Below, in pieces: positions 23,486 to 35,508 of a DNA stretch of 64,000 bases (position 1 is the first letter of the stretch; each line of letters opens with the position of its first letter). The notes below the pieces were generated by a model. That model did not search any database. It had not been told where the DNA came from and saw only the letters and a list, made by a program, of their open reading frames with translations. The position numbers and the translations under genes were made by a program. The stretch is from Chrysomallon squamiferum. Its lineage: Eukaryota > Animalia > Mollusca. The stretch covers positions 8,866,001-8,930,000 of the forward strand of contig CM022675.1 of assembly GCA_012295275.1 (NCBI GenBank), written 5' to 3'.

Positions 23486-25627
23486 ACCGATATCCAGTCA
23501 TTCTGAAAAATCTTTCAGTGAAAAACAGACGGTCGATGGGTGTAAAGTTATCTCGCTGAAATCTTTTAGTGTGCAAGACTAAACAACGGGAAAAAAATTG
23601 TTATTGCAATTTTTATGTTTATTTTATTTATTTATTTATTTATTTATTTATTTTATTTTATTTTATTTTATTTTATTTTTTTTATAAAAATAATTTTGAC
23701 AATAAAGCCCTTCTAAACCTGTTAGAAGTCATTTTCTTATAAAATAAATAAATAATGTAATATCATATGTTATAATTATCTACACACATCTTTATGCCAA
23801 TAATGGTTTCTTCTTATTTATAAAGAAACTCAGTTCATTTTCGAAGTCATGATGATGCGTTAATCACTGAACAGTTTGTATCAGTCAAAGAAATATATAT
23901 AAAACAGCCTTTTTCCATTTCCGAGAAAGCACTTAATACTCCGCGAGAGTGGAACGGGAAAATATCGCATTTGATAATACCATTTCAACTGTACATAATT
24001 AATTTGTATTAAATGTAAATTAAAAAGTTTATTTCATTGGTTTTAAGATATTTAAGTTTTTTTTTTTTTTTTTTTTTTTTTTATTCTCTCACATTTCTCA
24101 GTACTTGAGTCTAGGAACCATATTGTCTAAAAACTGGCCACGTCAAAAATACAGCTTGCTACTGATTCAAGGAAAAAACATTCGAGTTTCTTCTGTTTCG
24201 TTACATTTTCAAAGCCTTATAACAGTTAATACCGTGGTGTCTTTTAAAAAACTAATATAATAATAAATTATTCTTTAATCTATCCATTTGTTCAGGGATA
24301 AGTTGTGTTTCATTGGTTAAAACACAGAATCTGATCAATCATCCATCGCACTCTCAGTAATCTCGTTTCCCGTTCCAACCGCAATCTCAGAACTTCTTCT
24401 TAAAACATCCATGGTATTTAAGCATTCACTGACTATGAGAATAACTTTAAAATGTTTCCTCCTTGATGATGATGATGATGATAATGATAATAATTATAAT
24501 TATGATGATTATGATAATGATAATGATTATAATAACTTTCATGTGGTGATTTTTTTTTTCTATCATTAGTGCTAATACTGTATCAATAAATTTAAAAACA
24601 TGCTGAGTTCGTCAGAAAATCCATCATTTCTTCTTTCTTTCCTTTGTTCGTTCATCTTTCATCTAATTCACCCCATTCACCTTTATACAGTACATACTTC
24701 ATTTACTTACTTAAACCTGCTTGCAAAGACCAGCGCGTTTTTACAAAACAGAAACCCGCAGAACGAAATGATTAATGCACCTCTTTCCATCAAACGCAGA
24801 TTATGTTACGGAAATTCACCGAAGCGTGAATTTCTTTTATTCTCTCGCAGTTTGTAACAGAGGGAGTAAGTCATGGAAATAACAAAAGCATCGTGAGTAG
24901 TGATATTTTAAATATAGCTATTACCACGCCAGATTCCGCTATCCAATATCAACATGAGGTGACGCAATGGTGAAAAAAAAAAAAAAAGGTTAAGCCTAGC
25001 AACTTAGGGAACGACTGGTTTTGGGTTCGCATGAGAAGGTTTGATCCTTCGTACTATTATGTCTGAAGCTCTTATCTGCATTCTGATTCCTGAGCTGCAT
25101 CCCATGCCAGAATTATTAGAAGTTAACATAGCATCACCCGTACTTGTTTGTTAATAAAGCTCTTGTATTCCAATATAAAAATTATTTCGAATTGCATGAC
25201 CAAGACAGGCGTGCTTGAATCTTTGTTGGGTATTCGGATGTTTCAAAAGAGTGAATGATATTAACTGAAAATATTATTGTTTTAAACGATTTGGTTTGTC
25301 AGTCGTAATCGTTATTTGGTCCTCTCAGAAAATTAATGGACGCCATTTTAATATTTTATTTTCATCCACCTCAGATTTATCTTTGAAGCGAAATCTTTTT
25401 TTTTTTTTTTTTTTTTTTTTTCATGGTTTTAACTGAGCCTCTGCCACAGAAATTACGAAGTGACTGTTAATTAATTATTTTATTTTATTTTATGTAAACT
25501 GTGCAAGTCTAACAATTCTTGAGATCGAAAATGTGGATTTCATTACAACTCTGTAAGTATCACTGATTATAGTCTATGCTGATCTACTTGTGCTGCGGCT
25601 ACGACTACGTATTAATATTGCAAAAAA

Positions 25628-25727
<100 letters not shown>

Positions 25728-25831
25728 ATAGTAATAATAAAACTACAAAACAACATTGCCACCTATGAGTAGGTCTGAATGAAGGAACGTCTACAACATA
25801 TCAATGTACATTATTACATTAATGGTTATTA

Positions 25832-25879
<48 letters not shown>

Positions 25880-25909
25880 ATGTTTTCCCTGTAATTGCTC
25901 ACTCATTTC

Positions 25910-25990
25910 CATGGGCTACTCTTTTCAATTAGCATCAAGGTATCTTTAATATACACCCTCCTACGAACAGCAAAACATAAACCACGTCAT
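25910..25990 (+). repeat. Fragment of a dispersed repeat family (second copy at ~36428-36470)
   Basis: Shared core CATGGG(C/T)TACTCTTTTCAATTAGCA at 25910 and 36428. Confidence 0.6.
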
Positions 25991-26257
25991 AAGCTAAACA
26001 GGTTTAACGTTGGTTTTAACAGGTAATACGCAAACAGGTCTACTGACGTGAATTTATCCAACAAACAATTACTTCAGGATTAAAAAGAAGCAATAAAACT
26101 TTAAAAAAAATAAAATAAAAAAATAAAAATAAAAAAGTAAAGAAAAGAAAAGAAAAGAAGAAAAACCAGATCAACCCAAATCCCACGTCTACCCAAAGAA
26201 GGAAACTGAAGAATGTATGTAACAGTTTTACAATTAGCCAGATCGATTTCCGACATT

Positions 26258-26692
26258 CCGAGCTGGATTAAAACCTAAAGAGGACCTAAGCATTTGTATG
26301 CAAGTCAAATTATAAACAAAAACAAATCATAAAATAATATTTATTTTACGAGAAGAAACCAAATTTACGGTATGCCGTGAAATAATGTTCGTGTACTTCT
26401 GCTACATTTAAATTTGAAACGTTTTCCCCCTTTAGTTTTATTAACCGAAAAGTATCTGGTCAGATCTTCAAAGCATTTTTTTTTTTTTTTAATAATTTAA
26501 TGTATATCATTAACCTCTGTTATTTTTATTACTGTAAATAGAGTGTATATAATTTTCGTTTTTTTCATTTATTTTGGGCACCATTTGCAGTTTTGCACAA
26601 AATGGTCTATGGAAAATTTGTTGTGTTAGGTAACCGTGTCTCATGATGCCCTAAGGACTAGCTTATTTTGCTTAATGGTTAATCCAGCCCTG
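26258..26692. mobile_element. Old non-autonomous TIR element (hAT-like ends)
   Basis: CCGAGCTGGATTAA at 26258-26271 versus TTAATCCAGCCCTG at 26679-26692 (12/14 inverted match); no clean TSD. Confidence 0.5.
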
Positions 26693-26806
26693 TCGACTCC
26701 CCAATTCGATCCCAGAGCAATTACGAAGTTGAATTTAGTAAATAAAACTCGACTGTTTCCCAACAATTAAACAGATTTTAGACTGTTTTCCGATAACGTG
26801 AAAACA

Positions 26807-27013
26807 CAGGGGCGGTTGATGTTCTGTGTAAAGATGGTGGTGGAGGTGTTTTTTTTTCCGAAACACTATGTGAAAGTTCTGACCATAATTTAGACCTGTC
26901 ATTAGACCTATTATAAATCATGAAGAGTATTTTTGTTTTATAGTCGGGTGGTGGGTGTGGTGGTGGTGGTGGGGTGTCCATGCAATTGGGAAACCCTCCA
27001 TAATCCGCCCCTG
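26807..27013. mobile_element. Small non-autonomous TIR element (CAGGGGCGG ends)
   Basis: CAGGGGCGGTTGAT at 26807-26820 versus ATAATCCGCCCCTG at 27000-27013 (12/14 inverted match). Confidence 0.55.
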
Positions 27014-27126
27014 TAACACGACCCCCAAAAATAAAAAATAAATAAAAAAATTACCAAAACAAATGATTTGATAAATCAGTAAGTAAATAGTAACAAAAAC
27101 AATAACAATTACACCACCACCACCAA

Positions 27127-27157
<31 letters not shown>

Positions 27158-27525
27158 AAGTACAACCTAAAAAAATAATGTTTCTTTCTTTTCTTTTTTT
27201 TTCTTCTATTTTTAAATTTTTTTTTTTTTTTTCCTTCAAATTTTATTTTAATGACTTACGAGATAATACACATCACTGAACTTTATTGACGTAAGCGGAT
27301 ATGTATAATTATATATCCCTGTGCACATTCTCTCTTTCTTTATAATAAAGTTTTTTCGTCTTAAAAGGTATACTCATATTTAGGATGATTTTTTTTTTTC
27401 TTCTGTTTATTTATTATTTAGATTCTACCACCTTTTTGCGCACAGACGACATTAAGCTGTGTCGCTTTGTTCTTTAACAAGAGAACGAAAATTGGTCTGT
27501 CGCGAAATAAAATAATATAAAATTT

Positions 27526-27571
<46 letters not shown>

Positions 27572-29339
27572 AAACTTAAATTTCTTAAATTTAAAAAAAA
27601 TAAATAAATAAATAAGAAGAAGAAGAGAGAGAGAAGAAAAAGGCAGGAAATGGAAAACGAAATCTAATGAGTATGTGGAAGAATGAATCATGTTGTTATT
27701 ACTTCTTTCTTCATTTCTTTGTTGTTGCTGTTGTTATAAAAGTCAAATTAGTGATTCATTTGAAACTGCTGCCCGGAGACCAAAACTGTTCACGTTCGAT
27801 TCGCCCTAGTGACACATTGATTTCCGTAAATGTTACAGCGAAAATGAATTAACTGATTTAATGAAACCTCAGTATGTTAATTAAAACATTAACCGTTAAT
27901 ACGTAGGTTAAGCATTATTTATTTATTTATTACCACCATCATCATCATCATTATTTTATTTATTAGTAATATTAGTAATATTATTATTATTAAATAAGAA
28001 AGTTACCATCTTCCATCACCTTATTTAAGGCACCAAGAACATTCAAGAGATACTAGTTGGAACGAGCACTAGCGAAGGATGAGAAATCGTAATACTTTAC
28101 ACATCGATCAACGATTTAACTATCATGCTGTCATCTACACTTTCTTTATTAGCAATATAATTATGATACATGATTTCTTATTATGTTCTTCTCTTTCATT
28201 AAAAAGAAAACTAATAATAAAAATAAGAATATCTGGAAAATTGTATACTCATCATCTGGAATAATATGACAGTATTTGGAATTTATTAACAAATAAAACC
28301 AAAATCGTACTATTTATTTTGCCAAATGGATACAATAAACCTAATAAACAACACAATTCTATTGTCCCGCCATTTTGTATCATGTCGGCTCAGCTACAGA
28401 TTTTTTAAAAAGGTAAATTCACTAAGAAATGTGATTTTTACACCTTCATTAATTAGCGTTTTAATTATTACGGACATAAAGTTTTATACAGATTACGTGT
28501 TCGATTAATTAATGTTTATTATAAATAATAATTGTGTTTATAAAATCATACCAACGACCACAAATATAAAGAACAATTTTTATTTGTTCAACAGCCATAA
28601 AGTGAATGCGTTGCAATGGAGTCTTTTTATCGCTTAAACATCGACAATCGCTCTGGATTATGACAATTTATGTTAAGAAGTATATGGGGGTATAAATTTA
28701 TAAACAAAATTTTCTTCATGTCTGTAAAGTTATCTTAATGTCTTACCTAAAAACCTTACATAGTTCTTCTTTGTATTATTAAACAAATAAAAGATATTAT
28801 TTAAACTGTATTAAATATTAATGCAAACGGATTATTATGTTTCACCTAGCGCCCCTTCATAAAGAAGTTGAACTCGCCTGACACTGTGCATGAACTACAG
28901 CCTGTTCAACATGCGGCCTAATTTACTCGACTCGAATCCCAACTGATCTGATACCGAGAAGTTAGCTTCAACATGCAAGAAATCTCGTCTGCAATCTTTG
29001 TTCGAAAATGTAGCCATTTTTCTGACCTTGATAGGCAGTAGGCCTTCAATCTTCGGATAAATATGGCTTTTAAACCTTAACGAAATATCCAATAAAAGAT
29101 AAGGTGTACACTTATCAAAACAAATGAATTAAACAAACCTATCTTTTGATACAAAGAGAATTACAATTTGAATGCCGTAGTTCAGTCTTTTATCTTCTAC
29201 TTAGCTTTCAACTGGTGTTTTTAAACAAACACGTTCATTAGACACACACACAAACACATTTAGTTTAGTTTCGCTGACCAGATGGACATAGAAATGATAA
29301 ATAAATTTCGTATGTATAGCACAAAGACGTTTTCTCGTA

Positions 29340-29742
29340 CATTGTTTGCGATAGCTCGTGACGTCACAGAATCGCTGCAAAGCCACATGCGCTCTGAACC
29401 TTAAAACTATCTATCCGGAGTTATTTCTACGGAAACTCGAAGAGGACTATCTTTGCAGGTTTTTACCTTTTCTTTTTTGTACTTGGGTTAAATTTTGCCA
29501 TAGAAACTAAGTGTGGGATAGCTGGAATGATAGGAGATGACGGGTGCAGCCGACTCGTGTTTTGATGCCTTGTTCAATCATATAAATAGCGTTATTTTGT
29601 GCGTTTACTTTGTTCGGAATCCTATAGATTTCTCGTAACCGTAACAGGGTGTCTTTGTCAGCGGTAAATACTAAACTACTCAAGATATTTTAATGATTTA
29701 AAGTCATTAAAGTATTCCCGACAGCACTAGCTTCATTTTGAT
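29340..29742 (+). promoter_or_regulatory. Putative main promoter and non-coding first exon of the BAZ2B-like gene
   Basis: Perfect CRE palindrome GTGACGTCAC at 29358-29367, CACATGCGC at 29384, CpG-rich sequence, consensus donor AT|GTAAGT at 29743; CpG content falls off after ~30.5 kb. Confidence 0.5.
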
Positions 29743-31544
29743 GTAAGTATTGTTATGTTTTATGGTAAATTTTGTTATATTTTTGAAGAAAATTCTCAGA
29801 TAATTCTGTCATCTTCCCTCCCCGAGTTGTTATTGACTGCAATCATTTCTCGGGCTCACCAGCCATTTTATCTTCTCGACAATTATTCCGGCCTTCTCGG
29901 AGGTGATAGTTTATTCTTTTTCTTTAATTTTCAATCTTATTTCACACTGTTTAACACTAAAAATAGCACAAACACGTGCTAATGTTGTTGTTTTCGGTAT
30001 TGCCAATGTTTGCTGTTTCTCGTACATGTTAAAACCGACGATATGCTTCTGTATTATTATTTTTTTTTCCAGTTTTGTTTTATTGTCTATTTAATGGTAG
30101 TGTTTTTCACTAGCAATGCAGATTCACCGACCTAGCTAGCAGTGGAATTTATTATCGTTTTGAATTATAGGCTTGAATTTTGATGATATTTTTGACGTGT
30201 TTTGTTTTGTCGTACTACGTAAACAGGTGCGCTTTTGAAGAAGTAAAAAAATTCGACTTTGTAAACTATTTTATATTATTCGTCGACTTTAACAATGATT
30301 TTAAACATTTCATAGAATTTATAATCTGACATATTTATTATGCTGTATGGATCCATTATTCTTTGTTTAATGGAAACCGCGTTTTTTTCCCAATCTTTTC
30401 TAATCTTATCCCCAATGTTGACCAGTAAGAAGGTTGGTTTTTTCCAACACCTGTCGATTTCGCTAACAAAGGGTCACTCAAAAACGGCTTGTCTTTTTCT
30501 CTTTGTAAAAATCAAGTAACAATAACATGGAAGAAAAATCGGAACAGTTTTATATTCCAACATTTTATGATATTTGTGGAATTTATTTTTTCCAAGGCAT
30601 ACTAATCATATCATTATGTAGATGCATTGATTCAGTTTTTATATATAACAGTATTTGTTTGTTTCAGGTTTTATTATATATACATACATATACAGTTTAA
30701 CTTTTTACAAATAAAAATATCAGTATTTTAGTATTATCCATTTTATTTCAACAGATAGTTAAAAAGAATCATTAATAGAAAGAATAAAATAATTTATATT
30801 TAATATCAAAGATTCCAGATAAAAAGTACACTTTCTCTTACAGGTTGTACAGCTTTTTTATTTGGTTTTATGATATCAATTTAAATTGCTATTGACATTT
30901 TGAAAATAATCTTTTTAACAGATTTCCTAAAATTAATAATATTTTTTTAAAAAGATATTATTTTAATAAATATTACAACTGAATCACTATTCCACTTTGA
31001 CAAAATGAAGCATTCATATAAATTTTAACAGAAACCAGTCTCCAGAAAAGACCAAAAAAAACCCCCAAAGCCCCCCCCACCTCTCACAGAAGAATCCTTG
31101 TTAAACAATTATGTTACCATTTCCTCAGTGTGTTTTTAAAATGGCTGAACTCGCATTGCTAAATTCATCAGATTTGCTGGTTATATTTTTGTTATTGATT
31201 TTTTTAAAAGAAAATGATCAGAGGAAAAATATTGATGACAGCTTGATATTCAGTCTTGTGGCTTTTTCTTGGAAATGTCTGTTGAGCTTCTTCGTATTTG
31301 CATTTTAATATGGTAGTAATATGTGATAGTTTTTTTTTTTCTTTTCTACAAGCTGTTACTTTGACTAGACAGTAGAAGAAGCACTGTAGTAGTAGAATTA
31401 CATTTTATTAATTATTTTGTAATTTGTAAGTTATTACTAGTTTTAATCAAAATATTATATAGCTTGTTTATAATGCTTACTGTTATTATTATTACTACTA
31501 TTTTGTCAAAGCATTTGTTTGTAGTTTGTTATGCTTATTAGTTT

Positions 31545-32300
31545 TATTATTGAATGTAGTAGCTGTTGCTGAAGCAGTAAGTGTCATCAAAGTAGTAGTG
31601 TTCACTGGAGTAGGCTATGTAGTAGTTGTCACTAGAGTTTTGGATGTAGAAGTTCTCACTGAAGTTGTATGTGTAGTAGCAGTCACAGAAATTGTGTATG
31701 CAATAGTTGTCATTGAAGGTGGTGAATGTAGTAGCTGTTACTGAAGTTGTATGTAGTAGTTGTCACCAAAGTGGTGTATATAGTAGTTGTCACCTGAAGT
31801 GGTGAATGTAGTAGTTGTCACTGAAGTTGTGAATGTAGTAGTTGTCACTAAAGTTGTGTATGTAGTGGTTGTCACCAAAGTGGTATAGTAGTAGTTGTCA
31901 CCAAAGTGGTGAATGTAGTAGTTGTCACTGAAGTGGTGAATGTAGTAGCTGTTACTGAAGTTGTATGTGTAGCAGTTGTCACTGAGGTTGTGTATGTAGG
32001 AGTTGTCACTGAGGTTGTGTATGTAGTTAATGTCACTGAGGTTGTGTATGTAGTAGATGTCACAGAAGCTGTGTATGTAGTAGCTGTCACTGAAGTTGTG
32101 TATGTAGTAGTTGTCACAGAAGGTGTGTATGTAGTAGTTGTCATTGAAATTGTGTATGTAGTAGTTGCACCAAAGTGGTGTATGAAGCAACGTCACTGAG
32201 GTTGTGTATGTAGTAGTTGTCATTGAGGTTGTGTATGTAGTAGTTGCACCAAAGTGGTGTATGTAGTAGCTGTCACTGAAGTTGTGTATGTAGTAGTTGT
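31545..32300. repeat. 27-bp minisatellite (GAAGTTGTGTATGTAGTAGTTGTCACT)n, ~27 copies
   Basis: Directly visible tandem units; source of the T-rich, V-rich and DNYYIH ORFs. Confidence 0.9.
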
Positions 32301-32863
32301 TGTCTCAGTAGTTATTTTAAATGTGTCAGTAGTAGCTGTGGTATTTAATGTCTTAACTCTGTGAAAATTAATTCTATTTACCCAAGTTATTTTATGCAGG
32401 CCAGAATTTAAATTTTTACTGTAAACATAATAGCAGCCCTGTTTAGATTTCTATCTTTGTTTTTATATCCAAGATATAATCGGTTAATTTAATTCTGATC
32501 ATTTTTATGGATTGCAGCTTCTAGTATTTAACTGAATATCAACATCAGCAGTAATATTAGAAGTTTTAACAATGGATTTTAACTAGTTTAACCTTACATC
32601 AGTGTTTTTATATATATTTAATGATAAATTAAGATTTTAACATAATCGTTCTTATTTATATATGTATGTATTTGTAACTCTGGTAATAGCTGTAATTTGT
32701 GGTCATGGTTGTGGTTGTAATAGTCATAATAGCAGGCAAAAGTGGTAACTAGTAGAAGTAGCATTTTCTTACATTTTTGAAGTAGAGTGGAAGTAGAGAT
32801 TTTACATAAATCAATTTACCCCTGTTTTTAGAAATATTTTATAGACATCAACTTTTTTGATTG

Positions 32864-32895
<32 letters not shown>

Positions 32896-33616
32896 GTATT
32901 TTTTACAAGTGAAACAGCACAAGATACAATTATATTTATAAACACAAGGATGATAAAAAAATATTTTAAGGTGACACTTTTAAATACGTATTTATTTATA
33001 GATCACTAAAACTTTACTCACATGAATCGAAAATTCATCATCAGCGATGTATATTGATCTTTTGTTGCTGAGTAAGTGTTTCAGATAAATAAATTTAAAC
33101 ATTAATATCAGTTTTACTGTGCATTGCATGGAATAACGAGTAACCTGTGAATACTGCAGTTTTCTGCTTCTCGTGTAAGAAAGAGAGTTCCATGTCCATC
33201 TTTGTTTGTCTCTTTATTTCTTTTTCTCAGTAACTGATTTTTCTTTTCTCTTAGTCTTTCTCTCTCTCTTACAAGTGTCTGTCTGGATCATTTTGGTTTT
33301 TTTTACCTCTCTTCGTTCTCTCTATCATTCACTTGCTCTATATGTTTACTCAAATGTTCTGTCTCTCATACACATATACATCCAGATATTTATTTAGAAA
33401 AGCAAAGTTCATGTTAAAAACACTCATTTTGTTCTTTTTTGATGTGTGATTATTAATTTTTATTTTCTCATTTGCAAAATCCTTATTTTAAAGAAATTAC
33501 ATTTTTTTGAATTTAATTAATTTATTATTATTATTATTATTAATCAATCAATCAACAATACAAGTAAAACAGAAAAAATATTTGAATAAAAAAAATTCAC
33601 GTGCTAGATTTATTAC

Positions 33617-33649
<33 letters not shown>

Positions 33650-33656
33650 ATATATA

Positions 33657-33700
<44 letters not shown>

Positions 33701-33999
33701 TGTTTCATGAGCCCAACAATCTGTCCAATAAATCAAAAAATCAAATTACTCTCTTCGAATGCGATTTTTATTCGACATTTATTTGCTTCACTGAGATCAA
33801 GTAAATAATTTTTCTTTCCATCTAGTAAATAAACAGACCTAGATTGCTTTAACAAATTTATTAGCCATGTTTGTCTTAGTATATTGTGTTAACATGTTTG
33901 TGCATCCATCCATCCATCCATTTAGTCTGTTCATGTATTTAAAAATCAATGATTATAAATGTTTCCTTTATTAAGTTTCAATTCAAAATGAATTTGTAT

Positions 34000-34720
34000 A
34001 AATAATTAAATCTGTATGTTACAACAAAGAATATATTGATAAAATATCTACATTAAAATGTTTGAAATCTGTTTAAAAATGGTTAAATTTGTGTTGCAAG
34101 AATATTATAAATTCTCTCTTTATTTCAGAATAATATCTTTACATCACAGTATTTGAAATCTGTTTAAAGAAATAAGTCTATATATTGCAACAAAATGATA
34201 AAATATCTATTGTACATTACTATATTTGAAATCTGTTTCAATAATTATATCTATTATGTTAAAATTCAAAAATCCATTTATCTCAGGAAAATGATGAAAT
34301 ATTTACAATTTTTTATATTTGAAATCTGTTTATAAAAATTAAATCTATATGTTGCCACAACAAATAGTAAAATATCTACATTAAAAAATATCTGAAATCT
34401 ATTTATATAATTAAATCTATGTTACAACTGAAAAAAAAAGAAGAAATAAAATATCAACATTAAAAATATCTGAAATCTAGTCAAATAATTAAACATACAT
34501 ATCGTGATAAAAATGGCTAAATATTTATCATGCACAACAATATTTAAAATCTATTCATATAATTAAATCTATATGTTGCGACAAAAGGATGAAATATTTA
34601 GATTAAAATCTTTTCTCTTTCTTTAAAAAAATAAGTAAACATAGAAGTCATGATAAAATGGTAAAATATCTGCTGTTTGTACAATTAAATCTATACGTTG
34701 CGACAAAAGAGTAAAATAAT
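34000..34720. repeat. Degenerate AT-rich tandem repeat (AAATATCTACATT...TTTGAAATCT...TAAATCTATATGTTG units)
   Basis: Recurrent TTTGAAATCTG and AAATCTATATGTTG motifs. Confidence 0.7.
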
Positions 34721-35477
34721 ATCTATAGCACATGTAATACAATCGTAGTGTTTTAGATCCTTTTCCATGTTGTTTTTTGTGTCAATAACCTGCAACATTC
34801 AGGTAAAACTGACACACTTGTTTGTTGTAGACCTTCTTATTGGCTCATCACTGACCAGGTATATGAATTATTTATTTATGAGCAAACACACAGGTCTGCC
34901 CAGAAAAAAAATAAAATATTTCCCTTCAGGAGTGATCCACTTGATACAGCAAAGATGGAGAAAAAGTGGGTTGATGGTTCTCGTATCCATTTACAGACGT
35001 TTTGGAAATAATTCAGGTTCGAGTTGAATGAACTTCATAACTTCATAAATTCATTAAAAAATATATATATATATATAAAAATTAAAAAATAGTACTTGTA
35101 AAAGTTACGTATTCACACCCTCTTGTTTAGATGCAGAACTGAGTTTTTGCTGTAAAGAACTGAAGTGGTGGAGAATTAGAATTATTTCTTATTTACGTTT
35201 ACTTTATTTTTTTTTTTATTTTATTTTTTTTTTTTTCACTGTATTATCTTTTTTAAAAGTATTTTATGTTTTTTTTGTTTTGTTTTTTTTTTTTTTTTTT
35301 TTTATTTTTTAAATTTTATTTTTTATTATATATTATATTATATTATATTATATTATATTATATTATATTATATTATATTATATTATATTATATTATATTA
35401 TATTATATTTTTTATTTTATTTTTTTTTTTTTTTTTTATTTTTATGTTTATTTATTTATTTTTTTGTATTTTTATAT

Positions 35478-35508
<31 letters not shown>

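Noticed and set aside
23920-24390. Inverted GGAACGGGAAA/TTTCCCGTTCC pair suggesting a TIR element
   Set aside because: Match is only ~11 bp and termini or TSD could not be defined
24985-25260. Possible SINE/tRNA-derived remnant (GGGTTCG B-box-like)
   Set aside because: No cloverleaf or clear A-box; too decayed to call from sequence alone
27770-27815. GTTCGATTC T-loop-like motif
   Set aside because: No acceptor, D or anticodon stems; not a tRNA
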